Positions 59,901-64,000 of a stretch of DNA of 64,000 bases are shown one piece after another (position 1 is the stretch's first letter; each line of letters begins with the position of its first letter). Origin of the DNA: Podarcis filfolensis (Eukaryota); assembly GCA_964270895.1 (NCBI GenBank), contig OZ185439.1; one strand, given 5' to 3'. A model generated the notes under the pieces. The model searched no databases, had not been told where the DNA came from, and was given only the letters and a program-made list of their open reading frames with translations. Position numbers and translations under genes: made by a program.

Positions 59901-62153
59901 CCTCAACTACAAGTTTTCAGTAACATGAGGGATTGCATACCATTTTGGGATCATGGGCATTTAGAATTTTGAGAGCACCATTAATCTTCAAGGGCACAAG
60001 TTCAGTCATGGGCATCATGTTGGGGGCCTGATAAATCTTACCTCCAAAGCTTTCAGAAGTTCTTCACATTTTGCAGCTTCTTTCGGTAGGACTACCCTAG
60101 TTTCAATCTGCGGCATTTCTTCTTTTGGGAGAGGTGAAAAAAGAACAAACAGTATCTAAACATATGATTGCAGAATTAAAGCGACCTATCTTCTCTCTCA
60201 ACAAGGGAGAGGAAGTAGAAGAAGCTTATATTCCCAATAACATCCTTTTATACATGTAATTCAGCTATACAGGCGGCAACCGTTTAGCACCGGGGTTCTG
60301 TTTCTGGCCCCCTGGAGTGCCTTGAATGATGGTCAGGGGTGCTGTGGGCAACACTGGCCTCGGTCCTTCTTTCCTTTCCTCCCTTCCTCTGATGCCCTCT
60401 CAAGTCTCTGCCTCCCAAAGGTTTGCACAGCAGTTTGTTGCAGCAGCTCTAGCTACAAGCTCCCCAGGTGAATGGTGGCTCTGGGGCTGGCCAGGGGCTG
60501 CTGGTTGCCAGGAGCTGAGGCAGCCTTGGAGTAAGCAAGCAAGTAGATGAGGGAGCCCATCCAGCCCTTGCTGTTGGGACGGACAGACAAGTGGGAGGCC
60601 AGGCAGGCATGCAGGCACCGCTCTGGCCTTTCTTGTGCTGGCTGTGTGCAAGGCCTCCCTGGGAGCTGAGTGCCCAGAGCCGAAGGGGAGCCTTTCCACC
60701 ATGCAGGCCCGGCAGTGCCCACTGCTGTCTCCCAAGGTAAGGTGCTGACCTCACGTTCACCTTTGGCCAGTCTCTGTTGGGCCATTAAGGCAGATGGAGT
60801 CTCCTAGTGTCACTTTCTGAAAACAGCCCTGTAGAATCACCATATTTCCTACTGCTAACTCGCTTAGTCGATCCAGCCAATATGGTCAATGGTACTGAGT
60901 GATGCTGAGAGATCAAAGAGAAGCAACAGGATCACATTCCCTCTATCCCTGTCCTGATAAAGGTAATGGGTCAGGGTAACCAAGGCTGACTCAGTTCTGA
61001 AGCTAGGCCTGAATCTTGGTTGGGAATGGGTCCAGATAATGCAGTAGGGGCATCCTCTTCCGATGCCCCAGTAGAGCAATGTGAGGAGGCACTTCTCTTT
61101 GGGGCAGGGGGGCAGCTCAGAGACTGGGGAGGCACAGGGGACTCCCAAGGAGAAGGGAGAAGGCCAAGGGAACCCTCCACAAGAGAGGGTGTTTGAAAAA
61201 GGGCAAGAGGCTGCCAGCTCAGAAGGCAAGGGGTGACATAACTGAGCTCCTGAGCCCCACAGGAGTGCCGCAGAAAGAATGTAGGGAGCCATGGACTCAA
61301 AAAGGTTGAAAACCTCTGGTCTAGAGTGAGGCCAACCACAAGTCTGGGCTCACGTTTAATGCTGAGCTAAACCATTGCTTAGTGCAGGTAGTGCAAGTAG
61401 TGCATTCCAGGTAGTGCATTGCTTAGTGCAGGTAGTGCAGCAGAAGCCAGGCTTGGGGAGAAACACGTTTGTTTGTTCACGCCAAGCCACTGGTTTGGCT
61501 TAGCATTATGTGCAAAATGGGCCTTCAGAGATTATGGAACACCTTGCTATCCAATAAAAAATCCCACAAGCTTATTCTTTATATGTCATCAGACAAAAAG
61601 AATTTTTTTTGTTGGTTTGTGCACTTTTCAATAATATATTCACAATTTACATCTGTGGTTTTGATATTTACCCATTATAAAGTTGCTATTGCTGCTGCTG
61701 TTTGTGTTCTACTTGCTTTTATTATTTTAAGGAAGTTGACAGTTGCCTTGGGGTTCCATTGTGAAGCCAAAGGCAAAGCAGAAATACTTTAATTAGTAAA
61801 TAAAAACAAAATAAGCCTACAGGAAAGAGTCTGCATTGTGCTTTGTGCTTTAGCTAAGTATAACATAAATATTGCTATAAAAGCACACATGTGAATGCTC
61901 CCATCTGAAAAAACTAGAGGAATACAAAGAGAAGTATAACTAGATTCATAGCTAGATTGCAAGAGTTTCTATAGCAAGTGACTTTTATCCACATTCTGAA
62001 ATAAGAACCATTCACTCCATTACCTTCATCATCTGAAGCTGATCCCCTGAATAGGTTCTCCTTTGAAGATTCTGTAATTTTGGAGTCAAGAATGGAAGAA
62101 TCTGCCAAGAGACTCCTCCCTGTATCAGACATGAGCGTACTGTTGTCAGCCAT
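25583..62153 (-). CDS. ECT2: ECT2 (epithelial cell transforming 2; BRCT-repeat/DH-PH RhoA GEF for cytokinesis), complete CDS in 24 coding exons
   Basis: Exon translations follow vertebrate ECT2 from MADNSTL... to ...RSHTLSRSTTHLI*. Splice phases are compatible at every junction. Exon lengths sum to 2745 nt (914 aa + TGA). All introns are GT-AG except one GC-AG. In-frame upstream stops (TAG, TGA) after the acceptor at 62181-62183 support ATG 62153 as start. Confidence 0.97.
27930..28097. mobile_element. Penelope-like (PLE) terminal remnant with 5' inversion
   Basis: 13-bp TSD ATCTACAGAGCTA (27917-27929, 28098-28110); inverted pseudo-LTR pieces; PLE-type tail ...ttggtctttaaggtgctac...ggcagaccaacacggctacc. 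Confidence 0.8.
27937..27974 (-). ncRNA. Minimal type I hammerhead ribozyme motif (PLE-type)
   Basis: GUAU-CUGAAGA-A-GUGUGCAUGCACAC-GAAA-GC-UC-AUAC: intact core, stem I, stem II and palindromic short stem III. Confidence 0.75.
28893..29081 (+). mobile_element. tRNA-derived SINE with CR1-like tail
   Basis: atagctcagtg A-box, ggttcaaaccc-like B-box, tail ...ctgactcagcataaggcagcttcctatg. Confidence 0.7.
29496..29642 (-). CDS. ECT2: ECT2 coding exon 23 (147 nt)
   Basis: VTRAFSFSKTPKRALRRALMAHSSVEGRTFFPASENYLGGRVASTSSLA; ctgcag| and |gtaagt. Confidence 0.95.
29826..30120 (-). mobile_element. Old CR1-type 3' fragment
   Basis: taagaacataa...ggatcaggcc...ccatctagtc tail motif. Confidence 0.55.
30800..30907 (-). 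CDS. ECT2: ECT2 coding exon 22 (108 nt)
   Basis: EDLIYATDPDSIEVSTKDVDSTLSRASRAIKKTSKK; ttgcag| and |gtacga. Confidence 0.95.
31387..31628. mobile_element. Tc1/mariner-type MITE
   Basis: TA-flanked TIRs (T)AGTGGTACCTTGG / CCAAGGTACCACTG. Confidence 0.85.
34092..34340 (+). mobile_element. Squam3-like tRNA-derived SINE
   Basis: agccagtgtggtgcagtggttaagag head, ctgggttcg B-box, L2-like tail ending (CTT)n. Confidence 0.75.
34808..34962 (-). CDS. ECT2: ECT2 coding exon 21 (155 nt)
   Basis: ECHKAFALVVRPPTEQSNLLFSFQITTEEPLKENWLKMLCRHVANTICKADA; ttgcag| and |gtaagt. Confidence 0.95.
35900..36282 (+). mobile_element. L1-type LINE 3' end
   Basis: Decayed coding-like segment, AT-rich 3' UTR, AATAAA and A-tail. 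Confidence 0.5.
37492..37630 (-). CDS. ECT2: ECT2 coding exon 20 (139 nt)
   Basis: IARKRHKVIGGFKSPHGHTRPPACLKHIILMPLSQIKKVLDIRETE; caacag| and |gtatga. Confidence 0.95.
39270..39660 (+). mobile_element. L2 3' end with (TTA)n tail
   Basis: VFKALSSLGPVYLKERLHP...; same family as 23150. Confidence 0.8.
40612..40737 (-). mobile_element. tRNA-Lys(CTT)-derived SINE with CR1-like tail
   Basis: GGTAGAGCATGAGACTCTTAATCTCAGGGTCATGGGT followed by ...cctgcattgcag...ggttggactac...ggtcccttctaactct. Confidence 0.75.
41494..41613 (-). CDS. ECT2: ECT2 coding exon 19 (120 nt, PH domain)
   Basis: ANLLSSHRSLIQRLETVALGDDLCDRGEQVTLFLFNDCLE; ccacag| and |gtaagt. Confidence 0.95.
41800..42162 (+). mobile_element. 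Sauria SINE
   Basis: GCGGGTGGCGCTGTGG head to CCTTTACCTTT tail; AACATTGC repeated at both ends. Confidence 0.88.
43264..43342 (-). CDS. ECT2: ECT2 coding exon 18 (79 nt)
   Basis: HINEDKRKTEAQRQIFDVVYEVDGCP; ccccag| and |gtaagt. Confidence 0.95.
44184..44552 (-). mobile_element. Sauria SINE
   Basis: 12-bp TSD TCTCATTACAAA (44172-44183, 44553-44564). Confidence 0.88.
44955..45195. mobile_element. Tc1/mariner-type MITE
   Basis: TA|CAGTGGTACCTTGG ... CCATGGTACCACTC. Confidence 0.8.
45384..45465 (-). CDS. ECT2: ECT2 coding exon 17 (82 nt)
   Basis: DIKKHTAEDNPDKATLERAIESLKEVMT; ttgtag| and |gtaagt. Confidence 0.95.
46121..46217 (-). CDS. ECT2: ECT2 coding exon 16 (97 nt)
   Basis: INQAKPECGRQSLAELLIRPVQRLPSVALLLN; taatag| and |gtaagt. 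Confidence 0.95.
46449..47400 (+). mobile_element. Chimeric repeat: hAT-like end fused to a decayed L2 reverse-transcriptase fragment (copy 1)
   Basis: CAGAGGTTTTCAGCC start; QQRFRPSF..ESALV...DRG...FDLSAALSTIDH; later QYADDPQLY, MRAKLKLRLNKME and an L2 tail. Confidence 0.7.
47956..48066 (-). CDS. ECT2: ECT2 coding exon 15 (111 nt)
   Basis: SKDLLKTYPPFVNFFEMSKEMITKCEKQKPRFHAFLK; tttcag| and |gtaatt. Confidence 0.95.
48414..48482 (-). CDS. ECT2: ECT2 coding exon 14 (69 nt)
   Basis: EDLEDLMINWTESESIGDVILKY; ttctag| and |gtaagt. Confidence 0.95.
48940..49593. mobile_element. 654-bp Tc1/mariner-type MITE with internal tandem palindromic units
   Basis: TA-flanked TIRs CAGTGGTGCCCCGCAAGACG / CGTCTTGCGAGGCACCACTG. 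Confidence 0.9.
49765..49884 (-). CDS. ECT2: ECT2 coding exon 13 (120 nt)
   Basis: VFQVPLEKEGQLGGPILAPEEIKTIFGSIPDILDVHTKIK; ttccag| and |gttgtc. Confidence 0.95.
50438..50696. mobile_element. Tc1/mariner (Tigger-like) MITE
   Basis: TA-flanked TIRs CCGTATTTTTTGCTCTATAAGAC / GTCTTATAGAGCAAAAAAAATGG. Confidence 0.85.
51328..51464 (-). CDS. ECT2: ECT2 coding exon 12 (137 nt, DH domain start)
   Basis: ETPKSCAKPSKNSTPFLPKQSARWQVAKELYQTESNYVDILTTIIQ; ttacag| acceptor, GC donor CAG|gcaagt. Confidence 0.94.
52575..52797 (-). CDS. ECT2: ECT2 coding exon 11 (223 nt, linker/S-loop with NLS)
   Basis: LDSPELKTSVSQLSLNTPNSNRKKRRLRE...PRKRPSAEHSLSMGSLLDISNTPESGITNG; ttgcag| and G|gtaaag. Confidence 0.95.
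53806..53868 (-). CDS. ECT2: ECT2 coding exon 10 (63 nt)
   Basis: WFWGSIQMDAKAGESMYLFEK; ctctag| and |gtgagc. Confidence 0.95.
54021..54136 (-). CDS. ECT2: ECT2 coding exon 9 (116 nt)
   Basis: GQHLPVGDERCTHLIVEENTVKDLPFEPSQNLYVVKQE; cttcag| and |gtcagt. Confidence 0.95.
55311..55441 (-). CDS. ECT2: ECT2 coding exon 8 (131 nt)
   Basis: DFCAAAEEFRKEFKVPPFQDCMLSFLGFSDEEKKSMEEMTEMQ; ccttag| and |gtaaat. Confidence 0.95.
55579..55652 (-). CDS. ECT2: ECT2 coding exon 7 (74 nt)
   Basis: AAVSLGTPIMKADWIYKAWEKRND; ttgcag| and |gtatgt. Confidence 0.95.
56243..56406 (-). mobile_element. tRNA-derived SINE with CR1-like tail (family of 28893)
   Basis: Reverse complement resembles 28893-29081. Confidence 0.65.
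57139..57246 (-). CDS. ECT2: ECT2 coding exon 6 (108 nt)
   Basis: VKLVTLAHHMGGIIRRDFNSKVTHLVANSTQGGKFR; tag| and |gtatgt. Confidence 0.95.
58294..58383 (-). CDS. ECT2: ECT2 coding exon 5 (90 nt, BRCT1 start)
   Basis: PLPFSCRPLYCASMLNLVLCFTGFRKKEEL; tttcag| and |gtaaga. Confidence 0.95.
59125..59307 (-). CDS. ECT2: ECT2 coding exon 4 (183 nt)
   Basis: EIKVPYIKTDSVEEY...DCRVLGPPIVLHCARKGE; aag| and |gtaaga. Confidence 0.95.
59763..59855 (-). CDS. ECT2: ECT2 coding exon 3 (93 nt, symmetric)
   Basis: TIKIMEVPVIKIKEASSGKSEEKLIKSIIHM; ctgcag| and |gtatgt; matches the 31-aa exon of the long ECT2 isoform. Confidence 0.93.
60042..60121 (-). CDS. ECT2: ECT2 coding exon 2 (80 nt)
   Basis: EEMPQIETRVVLPKEAAKCEELLKALE; aag| acceptor, |gtaaga donor. 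Confidence 0.93.
60795..61318 (-). mobile_element. Chimeric repeat: hAT-like end + decayed L2 RT fragment (copy 2)
   Basis: Colinear with 46449-~46995, including the same junction and same RT lesions. Confidence 0.7.
62024..62153 (-). CDS. ECT2: ECT2 coding exon 1 (130 nt)
   Basis: accATGG start; MADNSTLMSDTGRSLLADSSILDSKITESSKENLFRGSASDDE; donor G|gtaatg. Confidence 0.95.
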
Positions 62154-62647
62154 GGTCAAAAGGGTATTTCACTTCTACGGCTGCAAGGGAATCACCCAGT
62201 AAGTTATTATTATTTTTAAGGAAACACACAGTTTAGGAAACTATTAGCAATCTATGTAAGGTTCCTAACCATACTCCAAAAGCAACTCTGCAATTTGAAT
62301 ACTCATACCGGAGCTTGTACCTACATTGTCAAAGCCTCACTTTTCCTCTTGCATTTACCAATTCCTGCTGCTACTGCTTCCTGTTCTGTTTTGCCATTAA
62401 GATCTGCAGGGTCTAAACACTACAGAGAGAAAGGGGGTTTTCTGGGTGGGTCAGTGGGTGGAAGATACCTGGGCTATAAGATCATACTTGAAGATGTTTA
62501 TGTAAAACATATTTTTCTATAACTGTATGCGCTGTCCAATGTTGCAAAATCTGCTGGAGCCAAATGAGCAACATATTATTTATTTATAGTATTCATTCGT
62601 GCTCATCTCTGTGTTCATGGAATTCTGGTATCCATGACTCTCTAGTG

Positions 62648-62872
62648 CAGTGGTACCTCGGTTTAAGAACAGTCCTGTTTACGAACTCTGCAACACCAGA
62701 AGTAGTGTCCTGGTTTGCAAACTTTACCTCGGTCTAAGAACGGAATCCAAACAGTGGAAGGGAACCGGCGGCAGGAGGCCTCATTAGGGAAAGTGCACTT
62801 CGGTTTAAGAACAGTTTCGATTTAAGAACAGACTTCTGGAAAGGATTAAGTTCATAAACCGAGGCACCACTG
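62648..62872. mobile_element. Tc1/mariner-type MITE
   Basis: TIRs CAGTGGTACCTCGGTTTA / TAAACCGAGGCACCACTG, TA on the right flank. Confidence 0.85.
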
Positions 62873-64000
62873 TAGAGAGAATGCATGCTTTTACAGATAT
62901 CTGTAGGATGGACTTGTGTGCCATGCTATGTAAAATGCTCATGCAAGTGTTACAAGTACCAGAGCAACTCCTGGCACATCAGCAGGGGAAGCTGATAGGA
63001 TACAGGACACTATCAAACCTACAGTTACGTAAATCCAACTAACAATAACGCCCACAACGTAACTGGCTGTGTTTAACTATATGAATTCTTTAAACATCAT
63101 ATAAACATACCTCTTTTTACATTATCAAATTAAGTAGAAGCAATTAAAGACCAACATTTTGAACAGGAAAAAAATCTGAGGAATAGGAAGCCTCTCATTT
63201 TCTCTAAACTGTCTAGTCTCAAGGGAGGAGACCTGTATTTCAAGCTTGTACCGAGTGTAGAGAAATTATGCTTCATTACATAAGATCTGACCTTTTATTT
63301 TGTATGATGAAGCCCAGACAACTGAAAGTCTGTCTTGTATGCCTTCCTGTCTGTCTTACTCCCGTTTAGTAACTTCAGAACAACTGCTAAAATATCTCTC
63401 CCCATTACTTAAGAAGACTCTACATAAACTTCAAGGTGTTGCATCTACAGCTTCTTCTGCAGCCACTCCATCAATGCTCATAGCCCTCTTTCTGATTTCT
63501 AAGCTTTGCTTAACTTTCACCTTTCATATGCCACCTTTTATTATGCAACTGTACGCACAACTTCACAGCTGTTATGGGGTGGGGCTGGAATGTGTGGGTT
63601 TTTTTACTACACTGTCATAAGAGAGTGAATGGCAAAACACACAGGAACACACAGCTAAGGCAAAATATGAGCAGATGAGATAAACTATGTGATAGTAGTG
63701 TGATGACAGGTGGAGCAGAAGGCATGGGCCAATTTCCAATGAACCACCTAGCTGGTTGCTGTGATTCTTGTGTAAATGCTAGATCTTGATCTGAACCAGT
63801 AGGCACTTTGAATTTGAACAAGAATGCATACTGAAAACAGCTTAACACAGATTAGAATATTAGATAGGCTTGTAGTGTTCAGAATATTTAACATCTCAAT
63901 AGACTACAATAGAAGGGGGAATCAACTATGCAAGACAAGTTAAGACCACCCCAGGTTTACAATTGTCTCTGCATATCCTTTGTTAGCTCCAGAATAATTT

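Noticed and set aside
63300-63620. 106-aa plus-strand ORF upstream of ECT2
   Set aside because: No ATG start and no recognisable homology or exon structure.
1-64000. CRISPR arrays, rRNA or intact tRNA genes
   Set aside because: None seen; the tandem repeats present are microsatellites or TE-internal units in a vertebrate locus.

Overview
Vertebrate genomic DNA, most likely a lacertid-type lizard (inferred from Sauria/Squam SINEs, L2/CR1/L1 ends, Penelope remnants and TA-flanked MITEs). It contains the whole coding region of ECT2 on the minus strand: 24 coding exons from 62153 down to 25583, summing to 2745 nt = 914 aa + stop, with one GC-AG intron. It also contains the last coding exon of the convergent neighbour SPATA16 (+, 6061-6183). 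The 18 kb intergenic gap holds the most unusual object, a very young 3.5 kb Ty1/Copia-type LTR element (11799-15302, minus). It has two 472-bp LTRs that look identical, a CTGCC target-site duplication, a tRNA-iMet PBS and a PPT. Its long ORF has an intact protease motif and an integrase lacking the HHCC domain and the catalytic Glu, and no reverse transcriptase or RNase H. Its leader carries a CCA-ended copy of the 3' half of tRNA-iMet that can pair with its own PBS. Other leads are a frame-preserving 453-nt candidate cassette exon in the ECT2 linker region, a Penelope remnant with a complete minimal hammerhead ribozyme in ECT2 sense orientation, and a two-copy hAT-end/L2-RT chimeric repeat. 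All homology calls come from reading the sequence and recalled family motifs; no searches were run. Boundaries of old repeats are approximate.
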